Under the pieces are notes generated by a model. It saw only the letters and a program-made list of their open reading frames with translations, made no database searches and had not been told where the DNA came from. This document shows positions 1 through 15,020 of a stretch of 64,000 bases of DNA, piece by piece; positions within the stretch are counted from its first letter, which is position 1; every line of letters starts with the position of its first letter. Both the position numbers and the translations under genes were made by a program. The DNA is from Piromyces finnis finn. Taxonomy: Eukaryota; Fungi; Neocallimastigomycota. The stretch lies in NCBI GenBank assembly GCA_002104945.1, contig MCFH01000041.1, positions 425,421 through 489,420 of the forward strand, written 5' to 3'.

Positions 1-2400
1 TTAATACGGATATCTCTAAATGTTGGACAATCTAATAACCAATGTTTAATACTTTGATCTCCACACTTGCAACATGGACAGTAGTTAGGACAAACTGGAT
101 CAACAAATTTGGCAGCTTTGGCAACTCTAGCATCCAACTTGTATCCGCTTCTTGCTTTCAATAGCCAGTAGAAGCCATAGGCAAACTCTGGGTACTCATA
201 ACATAATTTAATAAAATCTTTAGTTTCACTAAATTTATTATCATCATAATATTGCGCTTTGATTGAATTCCCTTTGAGATCTTTCCAATAAAAGTTTTTA
301 ACTGCTTTAACATCTCCATGTTTCTTTAATTTTTTATCAAGTGTCCTACTTGATTTGCACCACGTGTATTTTCTAAATTTAGGAATGTAATTGACAAGGT
401 GTGAGATAATACAATTTGAGTTTTTCCATTTGTTAAAACATCTAACCTGAGCTAACGCACATTTGGCTGACAATGGAGGAATATTCAAATCTTTTGAAAT
501 AGAGTATAAAGATATAAACGATACAGCTTTATGAACTCCGGCAACCCATCGTATTCCTTTGTTAACATGCTTCTGAGCAATCCTAGACCTAGCTTTGTTG
601 GATCCAAGTAATGGTGCAAAGTATGAAACTCTGCTAATCACTTGTGAGTTAAGTACTAGTTTTTTGAAAGGAATAGGAATATTAGGATTTCTTAAGAATT
701 TACTGACTGAGAAAAGCCCTTTCAAAACCTTGTTATTAAGAGCTTTAATTACTGGTTTAAGGGACAAATTCTTATCAAATGGAACACCAAGATAAGTATA
801 ACAATCAGTAGTTGGAATGGGTTGTCCTGCTAAGTAAAATGTTGGATCTCTCTTGTTCTGATTTTCTATTGATTCAGGACGAATCACCATCGTTGAACAT
901 TTCTGGATACCAAATTCCATTTCATTATACAATGCCCATTCATTAACTCTTCTAAGCATCTTTTTTAAGCATCCTCTTGTTGGAGCACAAATAACTATAT
1001 CATCTGCAAAAAGTCCACCACAGCATCGAGTGTCACCTAAACTGACTCCTAGATCTTCGCACTCTCTAAATATATCATTAATAAAGAGATTAAAGAGAAT
1101 AGGAGAAAGAGGGCAACCTTGACGGACTCCTTTCTTCACATCAAAAGATTTCGAGAATTGTCCATCTAATTTGACATTAGCCTTAGATGTTAAATATAAA
1201 TTTTTGATGAATTGTAAACTCTTACCTCGGATTCCTAAACAATCTAATTTATGGAGAATATTACCGATTGGGACTGAATCGTATGCTTTCCTGAGATCTA
1301 AAAAGGCCAAATATGTCTCTTTATTATCTAATTGACGTCTACGGCATATTTCTTGGATTGAAATGAAAAGACTAATACTTTCTTCCTTTTTTCGAAAACC
1401 AAATTGTTCAGGTCTAATGAAATTATTCTTTAAACCATATTCTGAGATTCTAGTGGTGACAATTTTGGAAATCAACTTAATACCATTATTGATAAGTGAT
1501 ATACCTCGATAGTTATCACAATCTGTCAAATCTCCCTTCTTAGGAATAGAAACAATACTGGATTCATTCCATGAGTTGGGGAAATCTCCATCCCAAATAC
1601 GGTTGAATAATTTAAGAATAAAATTTAAACCATGAGCATCATTATCTGAAGTAGTATTACCAGAAGAATTATTATCTGTAGCATTATTAGAATCATTACT
1701 TGATGGAACTAATGCTTTGTAAAATTCAATTGGAATACCATCCGGACCTGATGCTTTATAATTTGGAGTAGTGAGGATAGCTGACTTGACTTCATCAATA
1801 CTAATATCTTGGTTGATATCCCATTCATCAAGCATAGGAAGTGAAAAACGTTTATTCATTGGTTCTTCATACCAATGCTCTAAATCAAGACTTACACCAC
1901 TTGGATCTGATGCAAGCTTTTCGAAATGATCATGCCACACATCTAGTTGTTCTTCCGTAGCAACAACTAATTCTCCATTTTTATTTTTAATTGGTTGAGC
2001 AATAAAGAAAGAATCTTTTCCAATTTTTGCAGTTTTCTTGATCCATTTCCAGGCCTTCTTAGGATTATGACTCTTCATATACTCACATCCTGTTTTAATC
2101 CAATGAAGATATTCTTGCTTCCTAAATTCATTACATCTTTTGTGGATGTAATCAATGAGTTTACGGTAGATTTTAATTCTTTTAATAAATTCATCTATAT
2201 CATAAATTCTTTCTTTTTTAAATCTCTTATACAACTTCATTTTGATTTTTTGAAGATTAAAAATTTGTTGTGAAATATGAAATGAAGACTTTATAACATT
2301 ATTTGCTGAAGTAATACTGAGCTCGTACAAGAGAAGAGTAGTACTACATGAATACATGAATAAAAGAAAAAAATACAGCAACAAAATGTATTACTCTTCC
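1..2400 (-). mobile_element. Non-LTR retrotransposon copy 1 (LINE-like RT ORF), running off the left edge of the window
   Basis: Positions 1-2000 align to 35525-37524 (offset 35524) with about 18 substitutions counted by eye. The minus-strand frame stays open upstream (…FHISQQIFNLQKIKMKLYKRFKKERIYD…HNPKKAWKWIKKTAKIGKDSFFIAQPIK…) to an in-frame TAA near 2391-2393. The ORF track misses it because it has no stop inside the window. The 5' boundary is uncertain and may extend to ~2700. Confidence 0.93.
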
Positions 2401-3371
2401 AATTAAATACTATACAAACTTACCTGAGTATCAAACATTCAACTTATTCATCAAATACTTAAATTCGATGAATAAAATGTTTTTTAATCGCTCAGTACCA
2501 TGAGCTTAGTCCTAATAATTTTCCCTTAAAGACTAAACAAGCATCCATTGCGCAATGCTTGGATTTAATTCTTTCTACTCTCTCAGTACCATGAGCATGA
2601 GTAGACCCCCTTGATAAACTCCATTATTAAATGAATGAAGGCACGTTCCTAAGAGGGCACTAAGATGATTTACTACTCTCTTTTCATTATTTCAATTTTA
2701 TAACATTTTTTTTTCTTTTTATTATTATTTTTTATTATTATTAGTTTTAACTTTATTAATTTGGGAAAGCCTTTATTTCTTTTTTTTAAAAAATTTTGTT
2801 GCTTTTTTTTTTCTTCTTTTTTTTTTTTAATATTTTAATATTTTAATTTTTTTATTTTTATTAAATGATTATAACTTTATTATTTATTATTAAATATATT
2901 TATAGAGAAAAAAAAATTTTTTATAAAAACTATACTTTATATCATATGCAAATTATTTAATATTTTTTATATTATAAATATAATTTAGATGATGAATTTT
3001 TGTTAAAAAAAAAAAAAAAAAAAAGAAAGAAAATATTAAAAATAGTATTTATATATTAGAGATAAGTTAATAAGTTAATGGGATTTTTATAAAAGATAAA
3101 AGTTAATGTTTTTTTAAATTTTTAACTTAGTGAAGAAAAATATAGGATTATAATAAACATTTTTCCTTTATTTTTCTTCACTATCTTTTTTAAAAAAAAA
3201 TTAAATTTTAAATTGATATCATTAAATTATTTTAAAAATATATTTTTCTAACCTTGTTTTTAATTTCTTTCATTTATATCCCTTTTCCTTTTTTTTTCTT
3301 TTTATTTTATATAAAAGGATGGTTGGTGTGGTATGTTTAAATTAGTTTTATGTTTCTACAATATATTAAAT

Positions 3372-5264
3372 TTACTTTTGGTGAAGGCTCATATCTTGAA
3401 TAGCCTTAGAACGGTCATTGTAGTGAGTGTGTAATAATTCGTGAGAAAGGTGACCATTTGGTTCCTTTAAGAATTCCTTGTAAAGTTGTTGAACATCTTG
3501 GTTTTCGTGAGATAAACGAAGAGTAGCTTGCTTATCCATAGTGTACATACGTTCCATCTTCTTAATAACAATGCTTGGATCAGCAGACTTTGGTTGACCA
3601 CCACCGTTAATACAACCACCTGGGCACATCATCATTTCAACGAAGTCAAATTCAACTTCCTTGTTCTTAATCTTTTCTAAGAACTTTTGAATGTTAGCAC
3701 CACCACTGACAACAGCAGCACGAACGTTAACATCCTTACCATCCTTAGTCTTTAATGGAACATTGGCAGCCTTAATACCTTCAAGACCACGAACAGCCTT
3801 TAATTCACCTAATGGAATTGGGTTTTCAACACCAGTAATAATTTGAGCGGTACGAACAGCAGCTTCCATGACACCACCAGTAACACCGAATAAATTACCA
3901 GCAGAAGAACCAGTACCTAATGGACTGTCATACTTTTCATTTTGAAGTTCAGCTGGGTTAACCTTCTTAAGCTTTAATAAAGTCATTAATTCACGGGTAG
4001 TAATAACATGGTCAATATCTGGAACACCGTTCTTAGCGAATTCTGGGCGCTTAGCTTCACCCTTCTTGGCGGTACATGGCATGACACTAACATGGATAAT
4101 GTCTTCTGGCTTGGCGTTAATCTTCTTAGCGAAGTAAGACTTAATAACAGCACCAATCATTTGTTGTGGAGACTTACAGGTAGAAAGATTTTCACGTAAT
4201 TCTGGGTAACTCTTTTCAACCATGTTAATCCAACCTGGACAGCAAGAAGTGAACATTGGGAACTTACCACCTTCATTTAAGCGGTTAATTAATTCAGTAC
4301 CTTCTTCCATAATAGTAAGATCAGCAGAGAAGTTAGTATCGAAGACGTAATCAAAACCGAGCTTACGTAAACCAGCAACCATCTTACCAGTGAAATCGAA
4401 ATCTGGTTCAGCATTGAATTCTTCAGCAAGAGCAGTTCTAATAGCTGGAGCAGTTGAAACAACAAGGATCTTCTTCTTGGAATCTAATTGTCTTAAAACT
4501 TCGATACATTCATTTCTTTCAGTAATAGCACCAACTGGACAAACTTGAGAACATTGACCACATTCAACACACTTAGTGAAGTTCATTGGTCTATCCATTG
4601 GGGTACCAACACGTTCGTAACCAGCACGGTTGATGAAACCTAAAATGTTAATGTTTTGGAAGTGGTGGCAAGCTCTAATACAACGACCACACTTAACACA
4701 CTTGTTCATATCTCTAGCAATAGAGAAAGTGGAGTTATCGAATGGAGAGTAGCATGGTTCAGTAATACTGTGGTTAGTTTTATCAAACTTTCTCTTAAGA
4801 AGAGTTCTAACTGGGTGTTGAGCATCAATTTGATATCTGTAAATTAAATCTTGGAATTCACAGTTACCATTAGATTCACAAGTCATACAATCATTTGGAT
4901 GTTCTTCACGCATCATAGCTAAACTAGATCTAACAGTTTCTCTAACAGCTGGAGTATCAGTTTCAATTTCCATACCTTCCCAAACTTCAGTAGTACAAGC
5001 AGTTAATGGCTTCCATGAACCCTTAACATCAACTAAACAAAGTCTACAGTTACCAGCAATTGGTAATCTTGGGTGGTAACATAAAGTTGGAATGTAAAAA
5101 CCATTAGCCTTAGCAGCATCAAGAACAGTGGTCTTTGGTGGAACTTGAATCTTACGACCGTTAATAGAAATGTTAACCATCTTTTCAGCAGCTGAAGCTA
5201 AAGTACGAGACATTGGCTTAACAGCTTGAGCTGTCTTGTTTAAAACATTTGATATTGAAGACAT
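3372..5264 (-). CDS. hydA: Hydrogenosomal long-type [FeFe]-hydrogenase, intronless
   Basis: H-cluster motifs TSCCPGW, MPCTAKKGE and EMMMCPGGCINGGGQP. N-terminal 2Fe-2S (CYH…GNCRLC…AC), His-ligated 4Fe-4S (HPNDCMTC…C) and 2x[4Fe-4S] (CVKCGRC, CVECGQC…CP) modules. Ser/Ala/basic N-terminal presequence; strongly biased codon usage. Confidence 0.98.
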   Translation of the reverse strand: MSSISNVLNKTAQAVKPMSRTLASAAEKMVNISINGRKIQVPPKTTVLDAAKANGFYIPTLCYHPRLPIAGNCRLCLVDVKGSWKPLTACTTEVWEGMEIETDTPAVRETVRSSLAMMREEHPNDCMTCESNGNCEFQDLIYRYQIDAQHPVRTLLKRKFDKTNHSITEPCYSPFDNSTFSIARDMNKCVKCGRCIRACHHFQNINILGFINRAGYERVGTPMDRPMNFTKCVECGQCSQVCPVGAITERNECIEVLRQLDSKKKILVVSTAPAIRTALAEEFNAEPDFDFTGKMVAGLRKLGFDYVFDTNFSADLTIMEEGTELINRLNEGGKFPMFTSCCPGWINMVEKSYPELRENLSTCKSPQQMIGAVIKSYFAKKINAKPEDIIHVSVMPCTAKKGEAKRPEFAKNGVPDIDHVITTRELMTLLKLKKVNPAELQNEKYDSPLGTGSSAGNLFGVTGGVMEAAVRTAQIITGVENPIPLGELKAVRGLEGIKAANVPLKTKDGKDVNVRAAVVSGGANIQKFLEKIKNKEVEFDFVEMMMCPGGCINGGGQPKSADPSIVIKKMERMYTMDKQATLRLSHENQDVQQLYKEFLKEPNGHLSHELLHTHYNDRSKAIQDMSLHQK

Positions 5265-6336
5265 TTTCTAAATATATAAACTAGTGGATTAAAATAATAT
5301 ATTAATATCTTTACTTTTTATATATTTTATATTTATACTTTAAAAAAAATACAGTATTTATATTTTATTGTTTTTATTTATTGTTTTATTTTAAAACCAT
5401 CAAATATTAATATGATCAATCATAAATTTATTTAATAATTGTTCCTTATTTTCCTTGCCATTTATTTTATAAATATTCCTTTTTTTCTGATATTTTGTTT
5501 TATATAAAATTTCTTTATTTATGTTATTTTGTTAATATTCATTCTAAATATTTCTTAATCAATCTCAATGTTCCTTTTAGTATCATTTGAATTGTACATC
5601 GTTTTACATCTATTTGGTGTTCTCTTTGTTTATTATCATTTCTTTTTACTTTTTGTTTCTTGACATTTTTAATTCCAAATATATTTATTTTAATTTGTAT
5701 TTTTTTTACCTTTTAACTTTAAAATCTATTTAATTATTATTTGTTTGTTTTTATATATATTATTTTTTCTCTTTTTAATAATCTTCAAAATTCAAAATAA
5801 AAAAAAATGAAATGAAAATTATAAAATTAAAAAAAAAATAATAATTTTTTGTTTGGTTTATATGGAAAAAAAATGAAATTGAAATTAAAGAGAAAAAAAT
5901 TTAAAAAAAATAAATTTGAATTCTTTTTATTTTTTTTTATTTATTTTTAAATATATGAATCAATATATTTATTTTTTTATTGTATTAAAAATTTTATATA
6001 TAAAAATATTAATTATTATTTAATATGATTTTATTCTAATATATTATAAAATTTGATATTAATATATTAGTATATAAACTATATTAAAATTAAAAAATAA
6101 GATATTACTATCCATCATCATAATAGTGATAATATAAAAAATATAAAATACTTTAAAACAGAAAGTTATTAATAAAAGTAAATTATAACTTTGATATATT
6201 TGATATATATTCGTTCAAAGGAAGAGTTTTCTTTTATAAAAAAAATGGTAGTAATTTAACAGAATAGAGCAATTACAGAAATATTAATAATATTGATTAT
6301 TACATCGACACAAATAAATGAGTAAATTATTCTTTA

Positions 6337-7122
6337 CTCCACAAATTATATACCATAGTATCAATTAATAATAGAATACATAAATGTGGTTAATGTAAGG
6401 AAAAAAAATATTTGTAAACCACGGAATTTAGGTAAGAATTCCAAAGTTGTTTTACTAATAAACCATTGCAATAATGAAAATATACTTTTTTTAAATCATT
6501 ACCTACGCGTAACCACCTATAACTTTTACCACCTAAATAAAATGCTATTTTTTTTTAATATTTGATATACTCTTAATAAAAATAAACCAAAATAAATATA
6601 TACAAAAATATATATTTATAATATATATTTAAATATAATCTAATATATTGAATAAAAATAAATATTAGCATCCTATATTAAAAAATAATAAAATTTTTGG
6701 TGGGGAAATCTTTTTTCTCCTCCAATAGAATATATTTTCATATTTAAATTATACACCTTAACAATATATATAATGTACAATTTTCTTAATATAAATAAAA
6801 TTTAATGTAATATATGACTAATATAAAAATTATATGAGTAAAAATGTTGAATTTAAAATAGTTTTTAATATATTATGTTCTTACAATAATATATGTAAAT
6901 TAATTTTTATATAACAAAATTATTCTCATTTTAAATCTTTCCTATTGGACTACACCTTCCCCGCAAAGATTGATTGGTATAATTCAAAGGTTTTATCTTT
7001 AGTTTGTTTTCTTAATAAATCAAAACGAAAATGTAAATAGATTATATCACTATTATAATTATTATTGTATTATTTTTTATTTTCCTTATTATTTATTTAT
7101 TTATTCATTCATTCATTTATTT

Positions 7123-7174
<52 letters not shown>

Positions 7175-8068
7175 TTAATTATATTAATAAGTATAAAATG
7201 TCTTTATAGACAAAATACTAAAGAATCTTATGAAACTTGTATTCCTTCAGGCATTATTAATAACCACTTTTCAAGTCATCCCTTGTACCTTGTACATTTA
7301 AAAAAAACAAAACTTTTTTATGAATGATTAATTAATTAATTAATTAATAAATAAATAAGCTCATATTAATTTACACCAAAAATAATAACTAAACCTTGAA
7401 TAAATTTTCACCTTAATATTTTTTTAAAAAAAAGTTGTTATTTATTATATATAAAAAAGCACTCTATAATTGAAAATTTGACATTATAACTTAAAAAAAA
7501 GTTATGGTATTCTAAATATTAAATCAAAATAAAGTCATAAATATTTTATTTAATAATGATAAATATAATACTTTTTTTTTTCATAATTTTCTAATATTTA
7601 TATTGATAATATATTTTTCATTATTAAAAGTCATTTTAATGTAATGGTAATGAAAATAAAATATTGAATTGTTCTAGAGAGTATAATATTTTTCCATCAT
7701 ACACCTTTAATTAGGTAAAGCTGTTAATTGCATTATGAATACCCATTTTGCAATTGTTGTTATAAAGCATTCTTTTAATAAATACACTTGTTTTAAATGT
7801 TTTATCAGAAGGTTATATTACTTATCATTACATAGATTATTTTATTTTAAAATATTTAGTTATATCCACATTTTTTTATTATTATTATTATTATTCTAAA
7901 TAGGATTTTATAACTTTAATAAATATAAATTAGATATGAATAATCTTTCATGTCATATTATCATTTTATGTTTATTTATATTCATATATTTACTTGGATT
8001 TATATAAAAAAAAAGTATTTGCGGATTATTTTAGGATTTAATTAAAAATATTTTATCTTTTACCCCAC
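6337..8068. promoter_or_regulatory. Four CreA/Mig1-type SYGGRG boxes upstream of hydA
   Basis: CTCCAC 6337-6342, GTGGGG 6700-6705, CCCCGC 6959-6964 and CCCCAC 8063-8068, each with an AT-rich 5' flank on the motif strand, in very AT-rich intergenic DNA. Confidence 0.35.
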
Positions 8069-8596
8069 AAAAGTATTGCTAAAACTTTTCCAAAGTTATT
8101 ATTTTATTCTTTAAACGAAATATTTATACAACATTTACACCACAATATTTAATAACATAGATTAATAAGAAATAAATTTAAATTATTAGTTAGGAAATAG
8201 AATATAATCATTCTAATTTTTTTTTTTTTGTTAATACTACTTTTTAAAACAAAACTAAATTTTGATGTTGATAAAAAGCATGCTTTATCTTTTGGAGAAT
8301 AATTAAAATGCATATGAAATATTAAAAAAATATTTTCATTTATTTTTAAATTTATTATTTTTTTAAAATTATATATTTATTTATTTATATTTAATAAAAT
8401 TATAGTTCGTCAAATGTTAAAATTTTGTTTGATTTTATATGGATAAATTAAATAAAATTATTTTTACATAATAGATTTTAAAATTTTAAAATTTTAAATG
8501 TAGGGGATTAAAAAAAAAAGTTAATTAAAAAATTATTATATAAAATAATTAACTAATAATATATTCTCAAGTTATTTCTTATAAACGAATGTGTAT

Positions 8597-9697
8597 TCAT
8601 TCTCTTAGTATAGTTCCAAAACCTATACCAAAACTATTCTTCCATAAGCCATATAAACCTTGAATATTTTGACTATATTCTTTAATTTCATCATCTATAT
8701 TTGCTTTTTCAACCAATTCTATTTTAAATTCTATTTTTGATCTATGACATATTTTATCCATAGGAGTTTTATCATTATCCTCATATTCATAATCTTGGTC
8801 ATTTGTTTTTTTGATATCGTTAATTGTTGGATTAGACGTTATTATTTCACTATTTTTAATATTATTATTACTATTTAAACGAATTCTTGTATTCAAAAGA
8901 GCAATATCACAATTACTATTATCATTAATTTGACTATTACTATTCAAGGCACTTGGAAGACTCTCATTTTCAAAATCATTTTCATCCTCTTCAATATAAT
9001 TAAATAATCGGAATTGTTCATCTAAATCGCGTTCATCATTATAACTAACATTATCAATTACTTGATAGGGAGTCATAATAGGACCAAAAGTATTTGGAGT
9101 AAGAATAGTATTGAACGGACTTTGAGTTTCTTTTTGATTATAACTGATAGATGTCTTTTTAGAAACAGGAGATAATACATAGGATTCATCACGTTGGTTG
9201 GAAATAATATTTGGACAACTGGTACTAGAATTAAATGAAAAATTATTCTCTGCATTTTTTAAGTTTTCATTCGAAATTTTTCTTTCATCTTTCTTATTAT
9301 CATCAAATAAAAGTGGTGGAGCAATATAGGGTGAGCTCTGATAAGATTGACCTATATTCATACCTGGAGATGGTACATTAGAAGAGCATGCATTAGATAG
9401 ACGGCGATAAGCAATTATAGCCTGAGGATCATTTGCTTTACATATTGAGAAACGATGACGTCTTACAGGTGAATTACCTTCATTATTTTCATTAGATGTA
9501 TCAATAATACCTGGAGATGGGCAATAATTATCATAATCTATTTTATCAGGAGTAAATATATATTGATTTTGGTAATTTTGATTATCCTGGGTATAATCAT
9601 CCATAAGAGTTGAATTAAAATTATCATTATATTCTCCACCAATATTGTTTTGTGGGAATTGATTAAATGTAAAAATTGTATTTTCTAAAACAAGCAT
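8597..9697 (-). CDS. Hypothetical Asn/Ser-rich, probably disordered protein (366 aa), intronless
   Basis: 1.1-kb ORF in stop-rich surroundings with raised GC. Many S/T-P motifs and RRLS/RHRFS sites. No family recognised. Confidence 0.8.
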   Translation of the reverse strand: MLVLENTIFTFNQFPQNNIGGEYNDNFNSTLMDDYTQDNQNYQNQYIFTPDKIDYDNYCPSPGIIDTSNENNEGNSPVRRHRFSICKANDPQAIIAYRRLSNACSSNVPSPGMNIGQSYQSSPYIAPPLLFDDNKKDERKISNENLKNAENNFSFNSSTSCPNIISNQRDESYVLSPVSKKTSISYNQKETQSPFNTILTPNTFGPIMTPYQVIDNVSYNDERDLDEQFRLFNYIEEDENDFENESLPSALNSNSQINDNSNCDIALLNTRIRLNSNNNIKNSEIITSNPTINDIKKTNDQDYEYEDNDKTPMDKICHRSKIEFKIELVEKANIDDEIKEYSQNIQGLYGLWKNSFGIGFGTILRE

Positions 9698-12252
9698 TTT
9701 TTTTTTCTACAATATTCTTTTTTTTTCTTTGTTAATTTTTAATTGATAAAATGTATTATTAAATATAAAATATTTAATGTTGATATTAATTTTTATTTTT
9801 ATAAATGAGAGAGAGAATATAACGCATTTAGATATTTTATTTTTAATAATATGTTAGCATGTTATTAATTAATTTTTTTTTATTTTTATTTTTGATATGA
9901 ACATATTAAATATTATTATAAAAATATGTATATAATAATAATTATTCAATAAATATTTATTATAAAAAATTATTTAATTAATAAATAAAAAATATATTAA
10001 TTCATAGTTGTATTGCTTTAAGGAATATACAAACATACCAATTTATCTGCTTTAAAAAATATCTATCGGGTAATCCTTTATTTTATATATTCCTATATAA
10101 TATTATTGAAAGTTGTAATATTATTATTATAATTGAAAATATTTTTTTATTATATATATATGTCACATATCACAATACTTTTTTAACTATTTTGACAAAA
10201 ACTATATTTTGTCAAATATTATTAAATCACTTTAAGCCTTTGATTTTAGTTAAAAAAAATTTATATTATATCTTTAAAAATAAATTCAATATAATGAATA
10301 TATATAAAAAATAAATGGAACAAAAAGAGAATAAGAGTGATACTACATCATTTTTATTTTATAATGAAAGAAATAGATTAAAAGATTTCTTTTATTAATA
10401 GTATGATGTACGTTTTATTTATATTATAATATCAATAATTGCCATTAAAAAATATTAATAATAGATCTTTTTAATATATTATTTGTTATGATAATTAATT
10501 AAATAGAAGAATAATTCAATAATTTTAATTGAATAATTATTAAATTTTGGTTAAAAAAAAATATTTTAATCAATTATCCTACTCTAAATCTATAAATAAT
10601 AAATTCATTCATCAATTTTAATTCATAATTATTTTTTTATAATTTAATATAAAATTTTATTAATATGTATCAAGGGTTAGAATAAATATATATTTTTTTT
10701 GAAATTTTCATTATCTATATATGTAAAGTTAAACTATACAAATTGTGCTTGTACATATATACAATAAGGCTGGTTTTTTATTTCAAATATTTATATTTAT
10801 AAAATATTTTACTTCCATAAAAGTATAAAAATATTAACTAAATATAATAAACTTTATAACAAAAAGTTAAGAATAATAATAATAAAAGTTTCAATAGAAA
10901 AACATGAAAAAAAATAAGCAATTTTAAATCCCATTATATTGTAAAATAAATTGTTTTACTTTTAAAAAAAAAAATACTATACATATATCCATCTATAAAA
11001 ATAATGGTTATTATTATATTCACTTATACTAGTATAAGTTACAAAAAATAAATATACATTATTAAAAGTGTTTTTAATAATTAAGTGTCTTGTAATTAAC
11101 CACATAAATAATATTATTTATTGTTTAAGCTATTAAGGTTTTTTTTATATTTATTTAATTATTTATATATATTTAATAATATTTCATTATTATTATTATA
11201 TATTATAAAAAAGAAGCATTATTTGTTATTTGTGTATACATTGGTTATGATTTTATTTTAAATTATATAAAATATAGACTAAAAAATAAGACCTTATAAA
11301 GAAAAGTTTTAAACTTAAAATTTTATATTTTAACAATTATTATTATAAAAAAATAATATAAATTTCTGTTAATATCATTGGTTCTATTTATTTAAAAAAA
11401 AGTTTAAAATTATTTGTATGCCTATTTCTATATTTATATATTAATCATAAAGATAATTTATAAAAGGTATTGTATTGTTCTTAGTTACCATGTAATATTA
11501 CATTTTATTACATTTTTTTTTGATATAATAAAAAGTGATATGTATAATATGTATATATATTTATTATTGATATTATGATATTATTCATTTTTACATAATT
11601 TAAAGTTACACAAATAATTCAAATCTTAATTATTATAAAAAATAAAAAAATACCAAATAAGGTAGTTACTTATTCCGCATTATTAATTAAATTTTTTTAA
11701 AAAAACATGAACAAGTTATTATATGTAAAATTATTAGATTTAATATATTAAAATTAATTATAAATAAATTAAAATATTTTTTTTATATTAAAAAGTGAAA
11801 ATCCTTAAAATGTTATAATTATTCTAATATAACAAACAATAATTTTTTTTTTTCACAATTAATTAAAATATATAAATTATTTAAGGGAATATTTTTCCTT
11901 TAAAAAAAAACAAAAAGAAAAATAAAAATTGTAAATGTAAGAACATATAAATAATATATATTATTATTAACAATAAAATACATTAAGCTAATTCATCCTT
12001 TTATATATTTTTAACATTCGGTATAAATGAAATAATAATACTTTTTTCTTAAAAATAAATGTTTTTCTTTTTTAAAAATAATTCTTTGAATAAGATATAA
12101 AAAAAAGAAGCAAAAAACAAAACAAAAAAAAATAATAAAAAAATTCTAAAATATAATTTACCTAATTATATTTAAAATTCAAAAAACATTAAAAAGAAAA
12201 ATAAATATAAGATCTATATTAAAAACATATTTAAAATAATTTAAATATCAAA

Positions 12253-15020
<2,768 letters not shown>

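Noticed and set aside
595-795. Identical 66-aa plus-strand ORFs at 595-795 and 36119-36319, and the ORF at 1995-2273
   Set aside because: They are antisense shadows of the RT frame; the identity only reflects the duplicated element.
2307-2424. Possible intron in the retroelement leader (CAG|GTAAGT at ~2423 to AGs near 2318 or 2308)
   Set aside because: Neither acceptor joins an upstream ATG in frame with the RT; both matching upstream frames have stops.
2418-2575. U1 snRNA-like hints (ACTTACCTG; ATCCATTGCGC…GGAT)
   Set aside because: The spacing is about twice that of U1, there is no U1-70K loop or clear Sm site, and ACTTACCTG is just the reverse complement of a 5' splice-site consensus.
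2480-2620. tRNA gene, hammerhead or HDV ribozyme call for the hairpin island
   Set aside because: No cloverleaf or convincing B-box, no CUGANGA/GAAA core and no HDV topology could be assigned by eye; it is kept only as an unexplained structured region.
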